Positions 46,436 to 61,110 of a stretch of DNA of 64,000 nt are shown piece after piece; position 1 is the first letter of the stretch, and each line of letters begins with the position of its first letter. The position numbers and the translations under genes were made by a program. The notes below the pieces were generated by a model. That model ran no database searches and was not told where the DNA came from. It was given only the letters and a program-made list of their open reading frames with translations. Origin of the DNA: Batkoa obscura (Eukaryota); assembly GCA_030770535.1 (NCBI GenBank), contig JASVEC010000012.1, positions 744,001-808,000 of the forward strand, written 5' to 3'.

Positions 46436-47319
46436 TCATTGCTTTTTAATGAATTTTAATATATATAATTTTTCTCTTCCTGCTTTGCGAATTTTCAAGA
46501 TCTAATAATAAACATTATATATTACCCAATAGTATTAAAATAAATTTTACCTCTCCTACTAATCCGATTTCTTTAGCCTCTTCAATCAACTCTGCCGGTT
46601 TGTTTTCGGCCACCGTCACCAAATAAAATACCCCTTTATCTGCCAATAACTCCTTAACTTGAGTCATAAACTGATCAATAACTCTTCTACCAAATCTACC
46701 CCCTGCCCAAGTAGCTGTAATAATATCATCAAATAATGTATCTTTTGTTGAGTTGTGTACTTTATCACTGGAAAAAACCTCATCATCTTCCGTTTCTACA
46801 TAAGGTGGATTGAACACAATAATATCCAATTTGGTTCCCATCTTTAAACTAGAAACTAAATTACAGTTGATTAAATCCAAAGTTAACTAGAATTAATTTT
46901 AATTTTAATAAAAATGAAATTATTTTATTCTATTTTACAAATCAATATTTTCTATAATACTCACCTCATTCAACTTGCCATTTTCTTGACATTTCTTTAA
47001 TGCATATGGATTAATATCCGTACCCATCAATATCACCTCCCTCTCCAGCCTCTTTTTTATCAATTTGCCTAAAAAGTTTAATACCATACCACTACCTACA
47101 CCTACTTCTAAAATCATACATGGGGTCATATCTTTCAGCTTACTTCGAGTTAAATCCTCTTCTAAAGTATCCATTAAAGTAAATGTATCTTCTAATAAGT
47201 TAAAGAAATAAGTATTGTGAAGGAGAAGAATCTAACTTGAGTTACTTGCCAGCAGGTTCATAAAGTTTCAAATAATCAATATCTGATACTAAGATTGGGG
47301 TTGGAATTGGACTGTTCAT
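46436..47319 (-). CDS. MTQ2: eRF1 Gln methyltransferase (HemK2/N6AMT1), 4 exons, first intron GC-AG
   Basis: IPTP..YEPA/EDTF, LEVGVGSG, TDINPYA, FNPPYV, WAGGRFGRRVID, RKAGREKL. Confidence 0.92.
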
Positions 47320-47591
47320 TAATAAATGTAATATATGTATTCTATGTTTTTTTTTGAAAATACTGAATTAAGTGATTATTTTTAGTAAATTAGAATGATT
47401 TATTATCCTTTATATAAAAAATCATGGATTGACCCAAAAAAGTTCCAAATTCTTAGCGCAACCAATCAAGTAGCAAATGATGTCAGCTATTTTCAGTCCA
47501 CACAGCTAAGTGTTATTGAGTGAGTTGAAGCCAAAAAAATGAAACTATAATAATATTTTTTATATTAATTTTTCAATAAAAAACAAAACAA

Positions 47592-50500
47592 ATGAGTGAT
47601 AAAAACCCCAAAATAGATGAAGGTTTATATTCCAGACAACTGTAAGTAAATTGATTATTGTTAATATTGAATAGAATGAGAATTAAGTTATTAATAATTT
47701 TTTAACAATATAGTTACGTGTTAGGTCATGAAGCCATGAATCGCATGGCTAATAGTCATGTGTTAATTTTAGGTTTAAATGGACTTGGTGTTGAAATTGC
47801 AAAAAACGTGATTCTTGCTGGTGTTAAATCGGTTACTTTACATGATGATCAACCAACGGAATTAAAAGATTTATCTACTCAGGTAAGAATTGGTTTTATT
47901 AATCAAATAATTGGTTATTAATGAAGGTTGATTCATTTAGTTTTATTTAACGGAGTCGGATATTGGTAAACCAAGAGCTAGTTGTACAGCTGAAAAATTA
48001 AAGTTATTAAATCAATATGTGCCTGTACATGTTATTACTGGGAATATTGATGAGCAGACAGTTAAAAAATATCAAGTAAGTTTAGAATTTCAATTATTAT
48101 AGTAATGATTTATATATATATAATTAGGCTATTGTTACTACTGAAATTAGTTTACAAATTCAAATTCAAATTAATGAATGGGCTCGTAAATATGAAGCTA
48201 AATTTATTGCCGCTGATATTTTTGGTTTATTTGGGTAAAGATACTTTCAACAATATATATTTAAATTATAATGTACTAATATTATCCTATTATTATAATT
48301 ATTTTAGTATGGTATTTAATGATTTTGGAAGTAATTTCAAATGCTTGGATCCAACTGGTAACCCGCCAAAAACTGCTATGATTGCTAGTATAACTAATGT
48401 ATATCTTTTATTTATATTATATTTATTAAATTAATATTATATTATTTAGGATAAAGATGGAGTTGTTACTTGTTTAGAAGATACTAGACATGGATTAGAA
48501 GACGGAGATTTGGTTATATTTAGTGAAGTACAAGGAATGGAAGGTATTAATGAAAGTGGGCCATTTAAAATCAAATATTTAGGACCATTTACATTTTCAA
48601 TTGGAGATCTTAGTAATTATACTACTTATAAAATTGGTGGTGTATTTACACAAGTAAAAACATCTAAAAAAATTCAATTTAAAAATTTACTAGAGTCTTT
48701 AAAAGAACCTGAATTTGTTATTTCTGATTTTGCTAAATTTGATCGTCCAATTCAGTTACATATTGGTTTTCAAGCATTACATCAATTTAAACAATTAAAT
48801 CATAATAAGTTACCTAAACCAAGGAATGAGGAAGATGCTATTAAAATGTTAGAATTAGCCAATAAAATTAATAATGAATTAAAAGAACCTATTCAATTGG
48901 ATGATAAATTAATTAAAGAATTAGCTTATCAATCTAATGGAGCATTTGCTCCAATGGCAGCTGTTATAGGTGGTATTGTTGCACAAGAAGTATTAAAAGC
49001 AGTTTCTGGCAAATTCCATCCAATTCAACAATATTTATATTTTGATTCTTTAGAGTCCTTACCAAAGAATTTCAATATTAATGAATCAAATGTACAGCCA
49101 ATTAATTCAAGATACGATGGACAAATCGCTATATTTGGAAGAGAATATCAACAAATATTGCAAAATTGTAATCAGTTTTTAGTTGGGTCGGGTGCTATTG
49201 GTTGTGAAATGTTAAAAAACTGGGCATTAATTGGATTAGGTTCTGGTAAAGAGGGTATGATTCATATAACTGATATGGATACAATTGAAAAATCCAATTT
49301 AAACCGCCAATTTTTATTTAGAAGTAAAGATGTTGGGCAATTGAAATCACAAACAGCTGCTAATGCTATAACTGAAATGAATCCAGAATTAAAAAATAGT
49401 ATTAAAGCCTACTCAGATAGAGTAGGTAATGAAACTGAAAATGTATATTCAGATACTTTCTTCAATAAAATTGATTTTGTTACCAATGCATTAGATAATA
49501 TTGATGCAAGACAATATATGGATAGTCGATGTGTTTATTATAGTAAACCATTATTAGAATCAGGTACTTTGGGTACTTTAGGAAATACACAAGTAGTTAT
49601 CCCAAATATGACTGAATCTTATTCATCTTCACATGACCCACCAGAAAAATCCATTCCAATGTGTACATTAAAAAGTTTCCCTAATAAAATTGAACATACA
49701 ATTCAATGGGCAAGAGATTTATTTGAAAATAAATTTAAACAAAGTATGGAAAATACAATTGCTTATTTAGAAAATCAAGAACAATTCATCAATAGCACAC
49801 GTAAACAAGGGAATACAGCTAAAGAAACATTTGAATCTGTTAAAAATTCATTAATTGATGAAAAGCCCAATAATTTTGAAGATTGTATTGAATTTGCACG
49901 ATTTTTATTTGAAGAGTTATACAATAATACAATTCAACAATTATTATTTACTTTCCCTAAAGATACAGTAACTTCATCTGGCACTTTATTTTGGTCAGGA
50001 CCTAAAAGAGCACCAAAACCAATTAAATTTGATGTTAACGATCCATTACATTTAGAATTTATTATAGCAACAGCTAATTTAAGAGCCTTTAATTTTAATA
50101 TTCCGGAAAATAGGAATACAAATTTCATTAAACAAGCAGTTAATAATATTAATGTACCTGAATTTATACCTAAAGCTGGAGTTAAAATTCAAGTCAATGA
50201 TAATGATCCAATAAATCAAGATTTAGAAGATGACGATGTAGATAATATTATTCAAACTATTGCAAATAATAGTAATAATTTTAATAACATTAAAGTTGAT
50301 GCAGCTGATTTTGAAAAGGTAATAAATTTATATTTTATTTTATTTAAATTTTGCATTTATGTTTATATTTACATTTATATATTTAGGATGATGATAGTAA
50401 CTTCCATATTGATTTTATAACCTCAGCATCCAATCTAAGAGCACGTAATTATGAAATTTCAGAAGCTGATAGACATACTACTAAAGGTATTGCGGGTAAA

Positions 50501-51195
50501 ATTATACCGGCTATTGCTACAACTACCTCTCTAATTACTGGTTTGGTTTGTTTGGAAATGGTTAAAATTGTTGATCATATTAAAAGTAAAGAACCATCTA
50601 AACGTACAATTGAAGACTTTAAAAATGCTTTTGTTAATTTGGCCACTCCCTTTGTTGGTTTCTCAGAACCTATTGCAGCTCCTAAAATGAAGGTAATAAT
50701 TACAAAGTAAGATTCTAATTGAACTAATCAATTTATATATTTCTATAGTTTATGGATACTGAATTTACATTATGGGATAAATATTATATTGAAGAAGATT
50801 TAACTGTGCAAGAATTAATTGACTATTGTTATGAAAAATATGAATTGGAATTAAATATGATTTCCTATGGTGCTTGTATGTTATATTCCGATTTTATTAA
50901 AACTACCACTACTCCAGAGAGATTAAGTATGAAGTAAGAATTATTTTTATTATAATGAGAAAATCGAATCCTTTACCAATATTATCTTTTAAATAGACTC
51001 TCTAAAGCATGTGAATTGGTTAGCAAATCGAAATTTGGTGATCATGTATCCCATATCAATATTGAAGTTATGGGCACTACTAAAGATGGGGAGGATGTCG
51101 AGGTAAGAGGATTAAGAGTTAAACTTTAAGATCAACTTATTAATGTTATTTTTTTAATTTAGGATTTCCCACCATTTAGAATAGCTATCAAATAA
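47592..51195 (+). CDS. UBA1: Ubiquitin-activating enzyme E1, multi-exon
   Basis: [53 protein letters not shown], active-site [22 protein letters not shown]. Confidence 0.96.
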
Positions 51196-51350
51196 CTACT
51201 GATATAATAAATGAAATTATTTTTGAATTTTATTTTATTTTGAATTTTATATTATATTCTTAAGCTTTGTTTCAAGAAATTGAATTTTGATTTCATTTTA
51301 AAATCAAATTTTTATATTTATATATAATAAATTCAAAGGATTATGTAAAA

Positions 51351-51432
51351 GGTGCTATGGCCGAGTGGTCTAAGGCGGCGCACTCAAGTTGCGCTCTCTT
51401 CGGAGGCGTGGGTTCGAATCCCATTGGCACTA
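51351..51432 (+). tRNA. tRNA-Leu(CAA), intronless, long variable arm
   Basis: Cloverleaf with acceptor GGTGCTA/TGGCACT-A; anticodon stem GCGCA-CT CAA GT-TGCGC; GGTTCGAATCC T-arm; TTTTT terminator follows. Confidence 0.95.
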
Positions 51433-51948
51433 TTTTTAATTTTGCTTTCAGCTTTTTATGAATTTTGGTATTATATTTAAATGTATTGTAACTATTAATG
51501 AAAATTAAGGATTTTTATTTTTTATAGTTAAGTATTAAATCGAACTTTTTAATAGTAAGTTAGAATTATATAATTTAAATTTTTTTTGCTATAGAATTTT
51601 TTAAAAATATTTATTATTGTAACGTTTAGTATTCTGATAAATAAAGTTTTTTTAGTTAATAATAAGTCTGTTTTAAAAATTTTCTAAAAATTCAAATAAC
51701 TTTTTTGACTCTAATTCTTATAAATTTTTAAAATATCATAGAATTAATAAGTTATGTTTTAAAATTATTGATTCAACGTATTTATAAACATTTAATTAAT
51801 TTATACTTTTTATTATAAAAATACTGGTCTGATAAAGAAAAACATTAATTTTGAAAAATATTAGAATCTGCCAACTTAAGGTTTAAATTAACAATTTCTT
51901 AGAATTTATTAACTTTACTAATGACAAAAATAAATAAATATTAATAAA

Positions 51949-52047
51949 TGGGGATGTATTTTTGTATTTAAGAATTTTACTAACAATTTTTCCACTCAAA
52001 TAGCACTTAAAAAATGGAAAAAGTAATGAAACCAAAAAACACCCCCA
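51949..52047 (+). mobile_element. MITE copy 6, between the two tRNA genes
   Basis: TGGGGATGTATTTTTGTATTTAAGAATTTTACTAACAATTTTTCCACTCAAATAGCACTTAAAAAATGGAAAAAGTAATGAAACCAAAAAACACCCCCA. Confidence 0.8.
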
Positions 52048-52440
52048 AATGCTTAACTTTAATAATAGAAATTCTACATCAATTTATAAAAACTTGAGTG
52101 TAAATAATATAGAATTTGAAACATTTCTACTTTATCCTACATTTATAAACATAGTGTCTTTAATTAAATAATTATAATTAACAAACATGTCGAATCAATT
52201 AAAGAATATAAACCAAACCTTTATATCAATTTGATAACAAACATTAATTAGACTGAATTGTCATTTATATAAAATAATCTGATAAAATCAGTACATTTAA
52301 TGGTAAAGATATAAGTAGAGCAACCATTGAATTTTTTATGTTTAAGAACTATCTGTTGTTGTAATCAATAACTACCATTTTTTAGCTATAAGTAACCATA
52401 TTAATGTAGGCCGTCTTGAAATCAAGAGAAAAAAGTAGAA

Positions 52441-52513
52441 TGATCCCGCCAGGGATCGAACCTGGAATCTTCTGTTCCGTAGACAGACGCCTTATCCATT
52501 GGGCCACGGGACC
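52441..52513 (-). tRNA. tRNA-Arg(ACG)
   Basis: Reverse complement GGTCCCGTGGCCCAATGGATAAGGCG TCTGT CT ACG GA ACAGA AGATTCCAGGTTCGATCCCTGGCGGGATCA; downstream T-run. Confidence 0.95.
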
Positions 52514-53392
52514 ATTTTTAGAGTTACTTAAGTATCTTCGTAGATACTAATATATAATGGCCTATCTAGAACTGACTCTTAAGCGATTGGCTGTTTTAGC
52601 CAAGTTTTGTTTTGTAGACACACTTATTTATTGGAAAATGGGATTAACTGCTTATTTTTTGATTGGTATGTTTTGTATGTCTATTTAGTTTGTTTCCTTA
52701 TTGCAATCTTTTATGGGGGAAAATAGCTAGGTAGTGGACAAAAATATTATAGATTGCATTCTTATATATACTTCGCTATAATTTAAATTGGTATCTTAAT
52801 ATGGGCTATTGATAGTTTATTAGAAGCAGAGTTTGGTTATTAGTTGAATATTAGTTATTTATAGAAAGCTACTTACCGGGTCATTTTATATTGTTATGTA
52901 CTAAGTGGTATATCTAAGAGAAGATATTCAATGATTAATTTGAATGAGTTTATTATTATAAAAGTTTAAAAATGATATAATGTGTTTCTTAGTTTTATTT
53001 ATCTGTTTGATTTTTATGACAAAAGCAAAACTCGCTATGATTAGTATTTCTAATTATTGAGTTAAAATGAAGTTACTAAACTTGGAGATTTTTAAGTAAC
53101 AAAAATTAATTAATTGATGAATACAAGTTCATTTGTAAAACAATACAATAGAATATCGATTCTTAATAACATAGCAAAAATAATATTTAAATAAAATGAA
53201 TTACTTAATAATGAAATTTAAAACCAACTTTGTTTATAATTTTTTAATCATTTTTTTCTTTGTCCGGCACTAAGAAACATTTCATCAATTCGCGGAGTAA
53301 TTAAGCTACTAATTGTCCATTTTTATTTTTTGCTAAAGTAATAAACAATAAAAACGTCAGCTTGATTTCTTAATAATTATCAATAAAAAACC

Positions 53393-53908
53393 ATGAAACA
53401 TATTATAACAAGTTTAATCATATTATTTCTCCTTCATCTAACAACATGTCTACATATCAGGTTACAAACAGCTGGTCATTCAATACTCACCAATTTTGAA
53501 GCTGAAGACGAGTGTCTGCCATACCCATCCACAATCACCAAAGTAGAAATAAATACTTTAAATACACAAGTTGAATTTTATAGCTCAGGTGATTGTGTTG
53601 GAAAATTATTAGGAAAAGTGGATAGAAATTATACATTTAGTGAAGGGATTAAAATCAAGTCTTTTATGTTGAGTAAGAAGTTTAAAGATGAACCAACGCA
53701 AGTGGTGGAGTATTCGACGCCACCACCAAATACAGATAGTGGACAAGTAAAGAGAAATTTCTTCTTGAATATACTAAGAAAGTTATTCGTTGATGATGGG
53801 GAAAGGAAGAAAAATAGGATGTTTCATAGGGATAATAAGCCACATTATATATCATCGAAAAAAGCATTTAAAGAGTTAAATAAGTATGTTAAAGAGCATC
53901 AAAAATAA
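53393..53908 (+). CDS. Small secreted hypothetical protein
   Basis: 171-aa intronless ORF; signal peptide MKHIITSLIILFLLHLTTC; two mature Cys (ECLPY...FYSSGDCVG); basic C-terminal tail. Confidence 0.7.
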   Translation: MKHIITSLIILFLLHLTTCLHIRLQTAGHSILTNFEAEDECLPYPSTITKVEINTLNTQVEFYSSGDCVGKLLGKVDRNYTFSEGIKIKSFMLSKKFKDEPTQVVEYSTPPPNTDSGQVKRNFFLNILRKLFVDDGERKKNRMFHRDNKPHYISSKKAFKELNKYVKEHQK

Positions 53909-54005
53909 CAAAGAATGAATTAACAAATAATAATAAAGATTAATAATAGTAGTAATAACTATAATAGTTTTATTTTTTTCAAACTAATTAACATTTTTAA
54001 AAACC

Positions 54006-55108
54006 TTAATGAAGTCGATCAAATAACTTAATACTATTAGGTACAAACTTCCTTAGTTTAACATCTGCCGTTTTAAACAGATTGATTGTATGTTCGTCCA
54101 TCCCATAGTCCAAAGCATATACTACCTCCTTAATCCCAACTTGAACTATTTTTTTGGCACAGCCTAATAAAAAGGAACCCATTAATAAAAAAAACTCAAA
54201 AAAAATACTTTAAACCTACCAATACAAGGGCAAGTATTACAATACAATATAGAATACCCATAGTTGATCCTTTCCCTTCCTGCTTCCAAAAGAGCATTCT
54301 CTTCCGCATGGATACACAAACACAAATCCAAACCTTGTCCCATAGTACTATTTTGATTACATCTAGGGCATCCACCTTCTGAACAGTTAGGCACATTTCT
54401 TGGTGTTCCATTGTATCCTGTAGCTATTACTCTATGATCCTTAACTATTAAACAACCTACTCTTCGTTTCATACAGTTGGAACGTTTGGAAGCAAGCTCA
54501 GTAAGTAACATGAAATAATTATCCCAACCTGGTCGTAGACGTTCTGGATCAAGTAAATCAAGGATCTTTATGTGGCAGTAGTAGCTATCCTTTTCAATGT
54601 AAGGATTAAAGAGACTCACATCGGTGTAGTTCATAACTTCGTTTAAAGAACAGACTTCTGGTTGATTACTCTCATCTTTTAAAGATAAAGAATGGTTTGT
54701 GTATAAGTGGGCATCATTTTCAATAATAAAGTTTACAAAGTCTAATGAATTGTTTGAACCTATTTCTAGCCACCTTTTATATCTACACTCAAGTGGGGCA
54801 TCCACTTGAACTAATAAGAAAAAAGGACGTTTTCTGATTATTAGTATCTGTTTTTTATCTTTTATATTTTAATTGAACTACCTAAGTACTTGAATTGTTG
54901 AAGGTAGTAAACCAGTTTCAATAATAAACTTTTCTTGCCAGTTATTAGTTACATAATCTAAAAGTAATTTTATATCTTTAAATTCTAATTTTGATTCCTC
55001 TTCTTCATTATCAACTAATCGAATCTCTTTGAATCCTTCATTCTCTATTAAGTACTCTACAAGTGAACTCTTTCCGCTTTTTATAGGCCCAATAATCCCT
55101 ATCAACAT
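54006..55108 (-). CDS. DCD1: dCMP deaminase with fungal-type N-terminal P-loop-like domain, 3 exons
   Basis: GIIGPIKSGKS; RLRPGWDNYFM, RSNCMKRRVG, TGYNGTP, CIHAEENALLEAG, CPCIG/CAKKIVQVGIKEVVY. Confidence 0.93.
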
Positions 55109-55239
55109 CTTATGATTATAAAAATTATTTTTTATTATAAATTTTTCAATAGAATTTTATTTCAATCAAAAGTAAATTTAATTGGTTGAACTCATAAAAA
55201 TATAGACCCAACACTCCTTTTATTCTACATAAAATAAAT

Positions 55240-56985
<1,746 letters not shown>

Positions 56986-57127
56986 TTCTACTTAAAAATA
57001 AAAAAATAAAAAAGTCAACTCAGAAATAAATATAAGCAATTACTTAGACTAGCTGACGTAATTCAGCAAATCAAGTTGAAATCCCACAAAATAGTACAGC
57101 AATTTTATAGTTTTACTATTATTGATC

Positions 57128-59544
57128 ATGGCACACTATGATTATAGTAAAACCAAACTAAAACAAGGAGATAAACTAGAAGGTATAAGGTACAAATAAA
57201 GAAATTATGACAATAATACTTACCTCTTTTTAAACTTAGTACCATTTCAATCATCATCCATCTACAAACTTCCAATCAATGAATTATCGCATGATCCCAT
57301 AGACGATGAAATAAACCAGTTAACAGATTATGAAAAAGAGAGCTTAATTATTGAAGACCTGTTATCAATTTTGATAGGATTTGATGGGGAATATCTGTAT
57401 ATTGAAAAAGCGATTGATTTTAAACAAAGTCATGAAGAAATAGATTATGACTTGAGATTAGATGTCAATAACAGTCAGTTAGAATTATTAAGTAGAATCA
57501 CACCGACAGCAAGGCATTATAACAGTATTTCAAAGTTTTGCCACCTATTTTCAAGCCACGAGTTCGGGTATGTTAACCACGCTTTAGTAGCAAGTATCAA
57601 AGAAATATTGAAAGAATATACGATATTAATTAATCAACTTGAATACGAGCATAGAAATAATGTTGGTTTTACACTGCAAAAGTTTTGGTTTTATTTCCAC
57701 CCATCGATCAAAACTTTGAAATTGATTCGTACTTTGGTTTTGAGTTTTTATAATATCCCGGACTTAACTTGGGATATGTTTTTTAAAACTCGAGTTCCTT
57801 ATCAAATAAAAAGCGGATTTGTACTGGATATTATCTTTGACCACTTTAGAAAACATAAAGGGTAGGTCTAGTAATTTTTTACATATATATTATTTTAACT
57901 TTGATTTGTTATAGAGATGACGATGCTAGTGAGTTATATGAATATTTGTTTACACTCAGTTCCAAACCATATTTGAAAATAATTAATAGCTGGATATATG
58001 AGGGGATCATCAATGACTTTTATCAAGAGTTTTTTATAGCGGAAAAGGAAAAGATAGGATTTGAAGAAAGTTTGGAGATTTATTGGGAAAACAAATTTGT
58101 TATACAAAATGAAAAAGTACCAAAGTTTTTATGTAATCATATCGATATGCTATTGTCCGCTGGGAAGTTGATCAATGTTATTAAAACATGTAATGTGGAT
58201 TTCGTTCCATTAAAGCCTCTATTAGATATTGAGGAATTGGACCCTTCTGTTCCCATATCACCTCAACAGTAAGGTATTTTTATACTTGCTTATTATATAT
58301 TAATCACTCTTTATTAGGTATTTTAATGAAATTGAAAGGGCTTATCATCACTCAAATCAAGAATTTATTAAATTAATATTTGATAAATTAATTAAGCAAT
58401 TAAGGTAAGATATAATAAAAATGGTATAATATAGTATAAATAATATATCTATTTTAGATGCTTCAAAAGATATTTCTTTTTGGAACAATCGGATTTCTTT
58501 ACCCACTTTCTAGATTTAGCCAGTGAAGATTTGATAAAACCAGCAAGGATAGTTTCAACAACAAAAATTCAATCTTTATTTGATTTATCACTAAGAAATC
58601 CAAGTTCCGTTACATATAATGATCCATTTAAAGATAAATTACAAATTTTATTTACACACACTAAATTAATAGATCTCATTAACAATATCTCATTAAATAA
58701 CCAATCTGAGCAACACGGAACGCCAAAAATGGAAGGTAATGTATTGGAAGAAGAGATTGAGCCACCATTGCCCATGTCGGGGATCGAAGCATTTTCAATA
58801 AAATGCCAAACTGAATTCCCAGTCTTTTTAGCCATTACAAAAAACGACACTCATCACTATCAAATTATCTTTCGAAACTTAATGTTGTTAAAACATGTAG
58901 AACAACTGTTGGGTAACTCTTTTATCGAACATACCAAGTTTCGTAGACTGATAGCAAGTTCTAAACATGACCCTGTCGCCAACCCGTGGCAAGCTCAAAT
59001 CCATACGTTACAAAATAGGATGTTAAATTTCATTCAATCATTATTGTATTATATCTCTTTTGAAGTTTTAGAACCCAATTATCAACAGTTCGAGGCTAGA
59101 CTTCATCATTGTACTACATTGGAACAGATCCATAAGGAACATGTCAATTTTTTAAAAACCTGTTTTTTACAGTCTACATTGCTAAATAGTAAGCTTTATG
59201 GTATCATAAACAAAATTGTAAGATCTTGCTTAAGATTTATTCAGTTTACTAAGAAAGTAAATAAGTTGGATGTCCCAGAAAGAAGGGATGTTGATCCAGC
59301 AAGTTCTATTGATGTATATAAATATCTAAGTCATTTCGAATATCATTTTTTATATCATGTTAAGCTACTTCTTGATGGTTTACATTATTATGCCGCTTTA
59401 GGAAACCCTTGTTATCTATCTTTGGCACTTAAAATTGATTTTAATAGTTATTATAATGACCTCCAACTATCTGTCAATCCACCCTCTTCTGCTTCTTCTT
59501 TGTCTATTCCTAATTCGCCACTATTTGCAGACCATTCTTTTTAA
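57128..59544 (+). CDS. SPC97: Gamma-tubulin complex component 2 (Spc97/GCP2), multi-exon
   Basis: ESLIIEDLLSILIGFDGEY, EFGYVNHAL, TLQKFWFY, KRYFFLEQSDFFTHFLDLA, YYISFEVLEPN, LKIDFNSYY. Confidence 0.9.
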
Positions 59545-60432
59545 ATTAATATTTGAAAGCTATCAAAATTATTTAAATAGGATACATCTTTTGTTAAAGT
59601 TTTATAGTATTGGCTTTAGTCGAATTACGTATTTTTTATATAGGAATATCTTTTTTTACTTTTGTTTTTCATTAGTCATATACTAGAACAAAAAGACATT
59701 TCCATATGCTTCTTTATTATTATATTTTTTAAGCGAGTTATTTTTATTATTTAAAGTAATTATTGCATTAGCCTGATATTTTGAGTTTTTTTTACTCTTT
59801 TAATTTAACAATGCTATCACTTTTTAAAAATAAACAAAATCAAAAAAACAGCAGTGGTATTTTAAATAATAATAAAAAAATGATAAAATCAAAGTGTATA
59901 ATAAATACAGAAGCATTTCTAATATTCAAATGGTTATAAAATTTATAGCTTGAACAAAAAAGGAGCAAAAAAAATAAAATTTCATTCCAAACTTTATACA
60001 AAATTTATTCATTTATCTTGAGTAAAAATAACATTTCATTAAATCAAACTTGTCTATTTAAATCATTCAATATGTAAGTGGTATAGGGTTATAAAAATTA
60101 TAATTATTTGATTTGCTATTCATTAAAACTATATAAAGCATAAAAATAGATTCAGTTGAAATTAGAGTAGTTAACTATTATCTTTTTGGTCAATTAGTCA
60201 CCTCTGTTTAATACTAAAAACCATTGAACACTTTAAAACAACCTAATTTAGTTGAGCTGCTCTTTTAGCGGAGTAAAGAACAACTCATGCTTATTGAACT
60301 AAAGTTAATAAAATAAAAGTAAAAAATATGAATATTTGTACATTTATTTGAAATAAAGAAATTATATTATAGAGAAGAAATGAAGAGTAGAAGTTTCTGC
60401 GTCAAATATATAGATTACAAGTTAAGACCCCT

Positions 60433-61110
60433 CTAACATAAAGTTAAAATAGTTACTGTTGGAGCCTCAAAATGATTTCTAATTTGAGTTTGGTAGCTTA
60501 TAATATGACCAAGTGCAATCAATAGTGTAGTTTCCGGTACTTTTATCTGGCTCTTTTCATAATTGAAGTTACATATTTTAAAACGGATAGAGTTTAATTC
60601 AATTTTTAAAGTTTCCTGGTCATCATTATTTCCGACTATTTCCCACGATTCACACGATTTATTATAGTATATAACATAAGATTGGTGATACCCATTATAT
60701 TGGTAACTCAACTCAAATAGTTTACCGTTCTTTGTTTCAAGCTTGATATTTTGATAGTTTACTTTTTCTGAGTTATTGTTACTATCTAATTTAATACTCC
60801 ACTTTAGTAACTTTTGGTTTGAGGATGATTCAATCAATGAGACTAATTGTTCCTTATTTTCCATTGTAAGTTTAGAATGTAAATAATCCTTACCCTTGAA
60901 CTTTAAATTCTTAATGTCTCCTCCACACACTCTTTTAATTAATAAGTAATTCAAGGCTGTTAATTTTTTTTCAGTAATCTCATAGGCAATATCACCATCA
61001 GTACACCAGTTAGAATAAGGAATTAAAGTAGAAAGTGAGTCACTGAACTCCACCTCTTTATATACTTTACTTTGTTAGAATTTATTTAAAATGGATTCTA
61101 ATAGAATATT
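60433..61110 (-). pseudogene. 5'-disabled paralog of the unknown gene at 62320
   Basis: Aligns to the + copy N-terminus as ILLESILNKF*QSKVYKEVEFSD vs MSLRSLEMKFRKNKIYKEENFGD: ATG replaced by ATT plus an in-frame TAA. The rest of the frame (206 codons) is open. The ORF track starts it at a GTG. Confidence 0.6.
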
